From positions 1 to 20,130 of the forward strand of contig BAAFSQ010000184.1 in assembly GCA_054661495.1 (NCBI GenBank): DNA of 20,130 bases, in the 5' to 3' direction. The DNA is from Zygophlyctis sp. KS116 (Eukaryota; Fungi; Chytridiomycota). The number at the start of each line of letters is the position of its first letter. Within the stretch, counting starts at the first letter, position 1. Positions 1 to 10,427 of this stretch are shown piece after piece. The notes beneath the pieces were generated by a model that saw nothing but the letters and a program-made list of their open reading frames with translations, did not search any database and was not told the origin of the DNA. Both the position numbers and the translations under genes were made by a program.

Positions 1-205
1 GGTGGAGGAGGAGCACCCTATTTTGTAAGAAATAATTATAATGCATACCATTCCAGGAGGCGGTGGAGGTGGAGGTGGGGGAACACCCTGTTGGATTATA
101 TATAATTATATGTATACCATTACGGGAGGTGGAGGAGGAGCACCCTATTTTGTAAGAAATAATTATAATGCATACCATTCCAGGAGGCGGTGGAGGTGGA
201 GGTGG
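1..205. repeat. Direct repeat of an exon-intron-exon unit in the formin FH1 region (127-nt period)
   Basis: Positions 1-78 and 128-205 are identical over 78 nt, including a whole 31-nt intron (18-48 = 145-175). Confidence 0.95.
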
Positions 206-2099
206 AGCATCCTATTTTATCAGATATGATTATACTGGATACCATTCCGGGAGGCGGTGGAGGCGGAGGCGGTCCGCTCTATATTTATAAGTTGAACAAC
301 AAATACTATTCCGAGGGGAGGGGGATGTGGCGGGGTTGATTCCTATTGTTAGAGTTACATTCACGGTTTACAAATTCTGATGAGAAATGTGGCGGTGGAA
401 TCTATTGAATTAGAAAGAATAATAAAATAATACATCAGCCATAATTGAGGAAGTCAATTTGTTATTCTAAAGTCAAAAACAATCAAGATACATTTGATGT
501 GGTACTAAGCGATTGATGTGCAATATTACCCTTAAGAATTATTCTAATAAGCAATTACGGTTATCTAACATTTAAACATTGAGTAATTACTAAATGATGC
601 ATGGAAGATGATGCCGTTTCCGGTTTGATGTCCAAAACATCACCATCCGATCGAATATTATCCAACTCTTTTTCAAGTCTTTTATACCGTGTAGTAGCCT
701 TTTTTAATCGTTCTTCAGTATCTTTCAAGCGATCGCCATCATTTGACATTGATGCAATAATTTTTGAAACGTCTATGTTAGCGAGGTCAGCAGCAGGATC
801 TGGATCTTCCGAATCTTTTTGAATCACAATCTGCTGGATGGTTTTATCAATAATAATCATGTATCTTTTAATTCATATGATAATAATAATTACTTCATTC
901 TAGAGAAATTAGCTATAAACTAGTTCACCTGAGAAACGGATTCAGAGGCAAAAATACCAAATGTTTCAATATTGAAGTGAATGGACCATACGATGATGTA
1001 AATCTCGCTGTGAGAGATAATGCTTTGACCATTTCCTCTGGTGTATCTAAGATCAATGAATTTATCCTGGAGTAAATCAATTTTTCATCCTCCTAAAAAT
1101 CATTAATCTTTTGAATACCTCAAATCCCGATATCCAAACATCAATCTGCATCTGCAAAACATCATGATCAATGTCTGATATTTTCTTAAAGTTAAAATGA
1201 AAATCATACGTCAATTAATTCCAATAATCCCAATTGTAAAAATTCGTATCTCATATGCATACGAAATTCAATTTCTTTCCCCGGACCACCATATATTAAA
1301 GAATTTATAAATGCCATGCTAGCAACCTTTCATTTTTAAAAAAGTGAATAAAACCTGTAAATCCTTTTCAATCGGCCCAAATTTAGAGGAACACGATTCC
1401 CATAAACCATAGACAATTATCTCGAATCTAAATCTAGTTTTTGCTTCTTCACTTAGAAATTCCAAAGCTTCTAGTACACTAGAGTGTCCTCCAGGAATCA
1501 TACACATGGCAGCAAATACTTCAAAAACCATGGCTCTAGTACGCATAGATTTAGATTTTAACGACAAGCTGATCACATTGAGTGCGCCAGGAGTATCTAA
1601 AACTGATGATAGTCCAATCTAATTTATCAGTCAAAATCAAAAATGCTCGTCATTCATCAAACAAGAAGCATGCGAGAATTATCAAAATATTCGATAGCGA
1701 TTATTATCATACCTTGTTATTCATTAGAGATCTTAAACATTTAATATATAGTTCTTCAGTCTCCAAGTTGTCAGAATCAGACAGCCCCTTTAAATTCCAT
1801 AAAAGTACTGATAAGCCCTTTGATTGAATGAAATTAGCGATCCAGCGCAATGGCCTCGACCGCAAAAATACAACGAAATCTCCTAATAATGTTTTATCTT
1901 GTGGGTTTTGTAAAAGTTCTGTAATTTCATGCATTTCTTCCTCATGAATAATATAACGTTCTGATAAATGCTGGACGCACATGATCCACTTCCTCTCTGG
2001 TGCTAGATTTCTAAGAACTGCCTTCTTATCATCTGTAAGGTTAAGATCGTCCATTAAGAGCTCTAGAATGTTGACTACATGCTCTGCCTTTGGTAGCAT
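1..2099 (-). CDS. Diaphanous/DAAM-related formin, GBD-FH3-coiled coil-FH1 part; 3' end (FH2) lies beyond the left edge
   Basis: ATG at 2099. GBD-like start ELLMDDLNLTDDKKAVLRNLAPERKW; FH3/DID armadillo motifs IKCLRSLMNNK, ASMAFINSLI, FRMHMRYEF, LKHLVFL..RMKYMIIIDKTIQQIVIQKDSEDPD; then a coiled coil and polyproline exons. Introns (plus coordinates): 1619-1712, 1327-1354, 1185-1209, 1093-1118, 900-928, 865-893, 565-590, 531-558, 467-491, 402-433, 343-371, 279-306, 212-242, 145-175, 88-117, 18-48. The spliced frame is open throughout. Confidence 0.9.
559..564 (-). other. Putative 6-nt phase-0 micro-exon (ATAACC, Ile-Thr) in the formin
   Basis: Flanked by a 26-nt GTAATT..TTAG intron (565-590) and a 28-nt GTAATT..TAAG intron (531-558). 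The alternative is one 60-nt intron, which is atypical for this window. Confidence 0.65.
894..899 (-). other. 6-nt micro-exon (AATGAA) in the formin FH3/dimerisation segment
   Basis: Lies between two 29-nt GT-AG introns (900-928, 865-893). Inclusion gives R-M-K-Y, preserving the R-x-x-Y spacing I recall from Diaphanous formins (..[18 protein letters not shown]..). Confidence 0.75.
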
Positions 2100-2168
2100 T
2101 TAACGCGCGTTAAATTGCGCGTGGCGTTTGAAGCTGATCATTGATTGTTTGTAAATAAAAACATAAGA
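2098..2168. promoter_or_regulatory. Candidate bidirectional promoter between the formin and Pan1/intersectin genes
   Basis: Only 69 nt separate the divergent ATGs (2099 and 2169). Contains a perfect 18-bp palindrome ATTTAACGCGCGTTAAAT (2098-2115) and GTGGCGTTT (2121-2129), a CpG-rich patch in an AT-rich background. Confidence 0.6.
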
Positions 2169-5100
2169 ATGATATTAGCATCTTTAGGTATTCATTTTCA
2201 AATTGATCATAGTTTCTCTATTTTTCCTAGAACCTCCTGATATCGCACAGTATGAATCTCATTATATGCAGTGCAGCCCTAACGCCCAAATGATCATTAG
2301 TGGTAATATAAGAGATTATAACATTTAGTGGAAGCAGCATCTCAAGTTTTTCTTAAATCGGGTCTTCCAAATCAAATTTTGAGTCAAATATGGAGGTTGT
2401 GCCTAGTTTCCTCTACAAATAGTCTAACATTTCCAGAGTTTTGTTTAAATATGTTTCTGATTAAAGCAAAATTAGGAGGGCAGCCCATTCCGAATTCATT
2501 ACCTGAAAATGTTAAAATGGCTGTTTTGAATTCAATTTCTAGTATACAGCGCCATTTATCTGCTCAATCAAATTTTACTGCAATCGGACCATCAACCAAT
2601 TCTTCCATGATTCCTGAAAGAAACTTGGAAATTTCTAGAACGCAAGACAAATCTGCAACTGATAGATCTCATTTTACTGCTAGTGCTAACCAATTTGGTA
2701 TAGAGAGTTCATCAGCCTCTGATAGATCGGGGTGGGCAGTTAATGCAGTTGATAAAGCTAAATACGATACAATATTTAAAGCCTGGGATACTTCTAACAC
2801 TGGTTACATTACGGTATCATTGATCGAATTTAATTCTAGGCTGAACAAGCTCGACAAGTATTTTCACAATCTAGGCTTTCTTCGACGATTCTAAATCATG
2901 TTTGGAAATTATCTGATATGCACAAACTTGGAAAACTTAATATGGATGAATTTGCTGTAGCCATGCATCTAATTTATGCTAAATTAGCTGGGAAAGATCT
3001 ACCTGTCACTCTACCCCAAGAATTAATTCCTCCCTCCACAAGAGATTTAGATGCTCTAGCATCTTTTGTGAAAAAAGATGTAATCGCCAATTTAAGTGTT
3101 CCAAAGAAGCCTCTTGCGAGGGATTACAGCGCAGCTAGTATTGACCTTTCTCCAATCGGAACTGAATTATCACGACCTCCTTTGGATAGTCCTGTTCAGA
3201 TTTTACCAAACTATGAACAAAGAGAAAAGAGAGAGGATCTATTGAAAACAATAGAAACAAAGCGTAAAGAATTATTTGAATTTCGAAGTAAAGTAGACGA
3301 GCAAACCAAATCGTCTAAAAGAATAGAGAATGAAATTTTCGATATAAAGAGGGATATAACTTCTCTTCATAGTCAAACCATTCAATCCTCAAGGATTGTT
3401 GATCAATATAAATCTTCCCTGGAGAAAGCTAGAACAATGATTCTTCAGTCAGGAGGAGCTTCAATACCTCAGTTGATATCTGCTGCCTCTAAACTGGAAA
3501 ATGAACTTTTAGGATCATTACAAAATGCTAAAAATATGATTGAGAGCACAGCAGAGAAAAAAATTGAAGCTGTCAAGCGGAAATATCCTTCTCAAGCATC
3601 AAACAATCTGCCAAGTTTAATATCATCGCCATCAGGGGCTGCTACAGATTCGGTATCATCCAAAGCTGCAGCCTTGCTTGCAGCAAGAATGGCAGCATTA
3701 GGCGTAGGAACCTCCAAAGATAACTCACAAAATGTTGCCCAAATCGAAATAAATAAGATCATGGAAGAGAAGAAGCAGCATATCGATCTATTAAGAGATA
3801 GGGAAGTACGAGTCCATAATATTTTGCAAGAAATTGGAATAATAACGCGAGGAAATAGTCTGCCGCATTATAGTTCTTCAGCAGTTTGGAATCCTAAAGT
3901 TGAAGACCAAATTAAATTCGAAGATGGCATCGGAATTAAGAGCGCTGAGGTTCAGTCACTCGTTGTAGATCTTAAGGATATATCCATGCAAGCAAAAAGA
4001 GGTCCACCTCTGCCTACAATTCCGATCAAACAGTCACACCTTTCACATGTTCATGCCGATATAAATGATAATTTTCTTTTAAATGCTAGCGGCACTTATC
4101 TAGATAATTCAAAGTCATCCTCTTTTTCTACAAATGGAAATGGTTCCAATTCAAAGCCGGCAGGTAAATCTTCTGAAAATACTTTCCAACAAATTGGCTC
4201 CGGGCAGGGCTCCTATTCTCAATATTCAAATGATAGAAAACTATCTGAATTGCCTATTAAAAGTCCCAAATGGGAGGAAAGAAAAGAAAATAATATTCCC
4301 TCTTCCACAACCCACGGAATAACTACTGATTCTATGGAGACATTTAAGTCTAGAGCCTCTTTCGAAACGAAACACTCTGCAGTTTTGCAAAGGGCACAAG
4401 AGGCAATTAAATTTGCCCAAGAAAGCACCGCAAGGAGATCGTTTATGGACTCCCCTAGCTCAGCTACTGGCGCCAACAATACCTTCACCCCTCAAACAGC
4501 TGAAAATACGACATATTTGGGTCTTAAAAAGGATAATTATACTAAACAAAATCATCCCACGAACGATGATCAAAAAGAGCCTTTTGGGCAGGAATTAACG
4601 CCTCTTAGCCCTAATAATCTTTCATCTGATTTCGCTTCTGATGGATCACTTGGTAGTAAGCAAAAAAATGTTGAGCGGATACAACCAAAAGGCTTTGATC
4701 ATAATGAAATAAAAACATCATCGAATGTTAACAATGGTTTCGATATTTCAAAAGAAGAAAACACCGAAAAATCTTTGTTTTCAGCGGGCACATTTGTGGA
4801 AAATTCTCAAAATATTTCCCAGTCGCAGAAAACTTCTTCCCAGTTAAGTCATCCAAATGCTGATGATGATTCGAGACGATATAATAATCTGAAGATTAAT
4901 TCTTCCCATTTATCACAAATTGCCGTGGTACAGCCAGATTTCTTAAGAGAAAATGATATTTCTTCGACTGTATTAGTAACTAAATAATCATATAGGGGAC
5001 CTCACTAATATCTGATGCAAAGCCTGACGAACGGAACACTTTATTGGCTTCGATCCGAAATTTTGGACCGAGATCTTTGCAAAAGGTCACTGAAGTGAAA

Positions 5101-8100
5101 GAGCAAAGCACGAGGCAGATATCAGTTACTTTATCTCCATCTTCAAATGTAGGTTATTTATAATTCAACTTTAGGGAACTACTAATGCCCCATTGATTTT
5201 GCCGAAAATTGTACTAATCGTTATCAGTACTAAAGTTTAGAGTACTCCACCCCCTTCACCTCCGAAATTAAGCATGGTGAATTCTTCCTCTGTGTCAAAA
5301 ATGGTATCAAATTTATGAATATTAATCTAAGAACTCACCACCTCCGCCTCCACCGCCTCTAGCTTCAATTCCAAAAAATGGAAACATTCCGGTTCGTTTA
5401 TTTATTTGATTTTTCTAGTTTTCGCTTGCAAAAGATTCACGCAGTGACTTACTGACTTCAATACGAAATTCAGGCGTCGACTCTTTGAAGAAAACAAAAA
5501 TTAACATGAAAGAGGAGATGGATGTATATTCTTGAATGCTAAAATGTAGGAAATCCCAAATAATATAGATGGTGCAAAATCTTCTCGTGAAGAAACAGAA
5601 CAAACAGCGATTCTGTTAAAGGTATGATGATACTTGTACTGATGGCAGACACAAGTTCCACCTCCTCCACCACCACCGAATGTCGGTGTTCCACCTCCCC
5701 CGCCACCGCCAAACATGAAAAGCATATTTACCATCCAGAATATAACAAGTGGTGGAAATATGGTAACACTTGAAGCCCCAGTCCCCCCGCCGCCACCATT
5801 CAATCTTGCCGTTCCATCTACCCTTCAGAAAGGAAAGGCCTCTAATACTGTTTCTAATGTAACTTTTTTCAACTTATATTTTAGAATTCCGTTAGCAAAG
5901 ATTCACATAGCGATCTTTTGGCTGCGATTCGTAATTCTGGCCTAGGTTCTCTTAAGAAAACTCAGACAGATATAAATTTAGAAGCGAACGTATGAATTTT
6001 AATACTTATATATAAAGGGGTCTGCAAATTCGGTCAAACGTTGCAATACTGCGCCAAAACCCTCTGCAGATCGCAAGATTGATTTGATGGATTCTATTCG
6101 TAATTCGGGTGTGTCATCTTTACGAAAAACACCTAAATTAAGTCCCAAAAAAGAAAATACAGGCTCACTTCCATTTAAAACACTGTCAGATTTGAAAAAT
6201 CAAGCAGGAAAGGGTACTAAAAATGAAACTAATGTCCGTCCACCTGATTTGGCAGATGATTTGAAGTTTGCATTGAAATCTTTTCGGAACAAAGTTTCTG
6301 GAAATTCGAATCCAGATGTAGATAAGGATGATGAAGATTCTGCATGGTCAAATTCTGGGAGCTCAATAGACAAAGCTTCTAACGACAATTTTGCTCTTAA
6401 AACGACTAAAACTTCTCTGGCACTGGTCTCAGAAGCTCCCAGAAACGAGATTTCCAGCCATAAACCCGAGACGTTTATATTTGCTCCAGAATCTAAAACA
6501 TTTAATTCTGCCGCATCAAGAGACTCGGATAAAAATAATATTATTGTGGATGAATCTCGTAAGAGTTTTAACACCACAAACATTTCTGGATTCAATCCTA
6601 CTGATTTTCAACGAAAATCCTTAAATATTGAAAATAACCCCCAAAAAGAAACTGCATTGTTTACAAGAATACCAGAAGGATCAGAAAATACTAATCCATT
6701 CATGCGAAAGTCTCAGATTAAACCAACTCATGATCCGTTGGGCACAGAAAATGTTATTTCTCTGGCGGATCCTGCACAAGCAAATAAACAATCATCTCCT
6801 CAACAGATTGATGTTCTTAATCCCTTTGGTTCGCCTACTAAAAATACAGAATCATACGATGCGAAATCAACACATGAATCGTCTCAAAACTTGGCCGATA
6901 TTGTTTCCGAGATGGAAAGTGAGTCAAAAAATGTGTCTGAAGTGCAAAATATCTTCTCTAAGTATGAAGTGGCGGCGCTGTATGATTTCAATGGGGTGCG
7001 AAGCGATGATCTGAGTTTCAATTTAGGGGATATACTCATAGTTTTACAGGAACATGGAGAATGGCTATACGGCACATCTTGCCGAAATTCCTTATCCGGA
7101 TGGTTTCCCAAGAATTATACGGAAGTGCGAATGGCGGATAGTGTGCAGATAAAAGGTAAACTGTCTGTACTAAGTTTAGATGATTACAGAGTTCTTTTTA
7201 ATTTCGAGGCAGAAAATTCAAATGAATTAACTATAAAATCAGGGGAAATTGTATCGATTGTAAAAAGCATTAATGAAAACTGGGTGATAATTAAAAACCA
7301 AAGAGGAGACAGTGGACTTGTACCATGCAATTATATTTCAAAGTTCAATGATCAGGAATCACATGCGGAGTTTACCGCTCATGATTCAATTCCTAATTCT
7401 GCAAGTTCTTCAACGTATCAAGATTCCAAGGTATATCATCTGACAAATCATCTAAAATTAAAGATTCTTGATACTAACGATTCTCCCAAAATGCTCTCCG
7501 GTATTCCAACAAAGCTTAGAACTGCTCTAGATATGGCTTATAGAAGTGAAAGTAATGATAATCTAGCCATATCAGATTTCGTTGTTACAGAATTTTCCAC
7601 AGAAGAAGATCGCAAGAGATATGAAGCAGTTCGTGAAATTCTTAATACCGAGCAAAAGTATAGTGATGACCTGAATGTGATTATTGAGGTAGCTCATTGA
7701 CTTTGTAAATCGTAGAATTTTCTCAAGCCTGTTTTGGCCAAAAAATACATGTCAAAGTCTGATATAAAAATAATATTTTCCAATATTCAAGAAATAGCAC
7801 AAGTGACTTCTACGATACTTAAAAGTTTTGAAGCTGCTCGTACTCCTATAGGTCTAAATCCTAATATCGGAGTACTTTTCATTCAGCATGTAAGTGAATT
7901 CTTTATGATGATTAGGTTCCATCGCTGGATATTTATAATTCTTATTGTTCCAACCTTATGACAGCGACAAAATATTTGATCGATAAGCTTCAAAAAGACG
8001 ATCGTTTGAACAGTTTCATCCTTGTAATTTTAAATCACTAATTTGCAGAAAAAACAAAAGAGCCCCAAATGCAAGAATTTAGATTTATCTTCGTACTTAC

Positions 8101-9213
8101 TAAAGCCCATGCAGCGCATTACCAGATATAGTCTACTATTTAAGCAAGTATTACACTATACTCCTAAAGACCATATTGAACATGCAGATATCTTGGCTGC
8201 TGTTGAAGCAAGTGAGAGGGTAGCACGTTCAGTCAATCAAGCCACAAAGGAGAGTGAAAGTCGACAAAAAATAGAAGAAATATCTGCAGTTGTAGATTTG
8301 GTATTACCTAATGAAAATATTGCTTTGGATCTATCAGCTCCAACTAGACTTTTAGGAAATCGCATATATTTACATGAAGGGCCATTAGCTAAAAACAAGA
8401 GCGGCAGAAAGATATATTGCTACTTATTCAATGATTTGGTTCTTTTGGTTGAGCCAAAAAACAAGGCTAGTAATATAATTTCAACAAAGGCTGTACAGTA
8501 TGAAATGTATGAAACGGTAATTTTTCTATAAAAAATTAAAAAACAGCCAATCCCAGTTAATGAAGTAATTATAAGAGAAGTCCCTAGGAATTTTGGAAAA
8601 GACGTTGGTACAATTGATGACTGCAGTTTTCAAATTGTTCATACGGATAAAATCATTACACTCCGTGCACCCACACCTTCTGATAAGCGACAATGGATGA
8701 AAATTGTAGAAACTGCAATTGCAGACGCAGAGAAAAAACTTTCCAAATCTCTTAGCGACAGTAAATTACAAAAAGAATCAAATCTTTCCATGATTGGAAC
8801 CTTGGAAGTAAAACTCTTGGAGATTAAAAAATTAGCTAGTGCTGATCGAATAAGTAATTATTTCAATTTAAATTTTTTAGAACTTAAACCTGGATTATTC
8901 TGCATATTTAATCTTGACGCACAATCTATTCGATCTAAAACTTGCCAATCATGGCCTCCTAAATGGGGACAAAATCTAATATTTTCAATATTCTCATTAG
9001 ACTCTACATTAAAAATCTCATTATATAATTACGATCGGTTCTCCAAGGATGGTAATTCCCGTTTACTAAAAGAATTTAGAATATATTGGCGAGACAAGTA
9101 TCCAATTAGATTTTTTAGAGTACTATGGTACAAAATCCACAGAGCCAATGACTCTTCAGCTGAATGAAGAGAGCGGTTCAATCATTTTACAATTGGCATT
9201 TCGGGGACTTTAG
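2169..9213 (+). CDS. PAN1: Pan1/intersectin-like endocytic scaffold, ~2167 aa: EH, EH, coiled coil, proline-rich with 4 WH2, central+acidic motif, 2 SH3, DH (RhoGEF), PH, C2
   Basis: EH1 KSGLPNQILSQIW..LTFPEFCLNM; EH2 DKAKYDTIF..GKLNMDEFAVAMHLIYAKL..LPQELIPPSTR (Pan1-type); AAALLAARMAALG; SH3 ALYDF..GWFPKNY and VLFNFEAENSNEL..GLVPCNY; DH EILNTEQKY..YLLKPMQRITRYSLL; PH YLFNDLVLL..KRQWM; C2 IGTLEVKLLE..PKWGQ..YDRFSKDEYIG. 20 introns: 2188-2212, 2303-2328, 2814-2839, 4970-4995, 5149-5174, 5211-5240, 5304-5331, 5392-5418, 5524-5549, 5622-5648, 5859-5884, 5990-6017, 7156-7179, 7431-7463, 7689-7715, 7890-7915, 8024-8048, 8517-8546, 8854-8880, 9052-9079. Spliced length is 6504 nt, ending at TAG 9211-9213. 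Confidence 0.85.
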
Positions 9214-9253
9214 ATTATTTGTTTGCCTCTTTAAACAAGATAAAAAAACTTGT

Positions 9254-10033
9254 ATGAACGTTGAACTGGAGCCATTATCATCAGCAGCACTGGAACAAGT
9301 AGATATACTGAATGAGTTTAATGAGAATGAAGTGGATTTCCTAAAGCGACTATTAACCATTGACGATGTAGACTCTATGAAGAAATCAATTCATTCTCGT
9401 CTGCAAGAATTGGTTTCGATAACTGACTATGCAGGAGAATACTCTCGAATGCCGGTATTCATTCTCTTTAAAATAATATATAGCCTGTTAGAATAGCTTA
9501 TAGACGATTTCCTGCGATTTCAGCAACAATATTCTTTGAATTAATTGTTGGTTTTATTGTGTCTGAATACTCTCATGTCTTGGAAAAACATATTTTATTA
9601 ACTTCATTTCTTCCAGTTTTATCAGCACTTGGGGGTAATTTGGGATTACAAGCTTCAACAACCACACTACGTGCATTAACGACTGGACATGGCTCCAAAA
9701 ATATTTTAAAGATTGTTATTAGAGAAACTAAAGTAGGAGCATTTATTGGATCTTTTTCAGGAATTTGTATACTTATAATTGGTATGCTTTGGTCTGAAAA
9801 TCTCAAATTTGCATATACTACATGTATCGCTGTATTTATTAATTGTACTGTTGGAGGATGTATTGGGAGTTTATCTCCTATTTTATTTGCTGCATTTTCT
9901 ATAGATCCTGCATTAATGACTGGACCTCTCGGTATAATATTTTTTAAAATTTTTAAAATTTTTAGAAACTGCAGTTCAAGATATGGTTGGAACAACAGTG
10001 TATCTTTCACTAGCCAAATATTTTCTAAAGTAG
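9254..10033 (+). CDS. mgtE: MgtE-family divalent cation (Mg2+) transporter, membrane domain with short N-terminal extension, ~238 aa
   Basis: Motifs RRFPAI, FLPVLSALGGNLGLQASTTTLRAL, RETKVG and DPALMTGPLETAVQDMVG, including the conserved TM5 Asp. Introns 9455-9483 and 9932-9965; stop TAG 10031-10033. Confidence 0.88.
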
Positions 10034-10090
10034 GTCTTTGCCCTACTTTGATTTTGTCAAATTCATAGTAGGGTTTAACGCCACTAAAAA

Positions 10091-10427
10091 ATGACAAAAA
10101 CTGGAATCGCAAAAGGATTAAACAAGGGACATGTCACTAACAAAAGAACTCTTGCTCCAAAACCAGTCTCTAAAAAAGGAGTAGAAACTAAAAGATCAAA
10201 GTTTGTTAAAAGTTTGATTAGAGAAGTTGTTGGATTTGCACCTTATGAAAAGAGAATTTTAGAATTACTAAAAAATTCAAAAGATAAGAGAGCAAAGAGA
10301 CTAGCAAAGAAGAAGGTTTTTTTAAAATTTGACTAAATTAAAGTTGGGAACTTTTGGAAGAGGAAAGCGAAAGGTTGATGAATTGAGTAATGTGATGGCA
10401 GAGTCTAGAAGAGCAGCTGCTCATTAA
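10091..10427 (+). CDS. RPL36: 60S ribosomal protein L36 (eL36), 102 aa
   Basis: [43 protein letters not shown] | [14 protein letters not shown]. One 28-nt intron 10316-10343; stop TAA 10425-10427. Confidence 0.97.

Noticed and set aside
41-229. Gly-rich ORF on the plus strand (also 5501-5803 on the minus strand)
   Set aside because: Antisense shadows of proline codons.
1-420. CRISPR-like alternation of GC-rich repeats and ~30-nt AT-rich spacers (also 19924-20130)
   Set aside because: The spacers are GT-AG introns on the minus strand, some are identical to each other, the repeats encode polyproline in frame, and there are no cas genes.
9573-10112. 179-aa antisense ORF over MgtE, and similar ORFs at 6200-6595, 13496-13936 and 6628-7014
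   Set aside because: They fully overlap well-supported genes and have no recognisable motifs.
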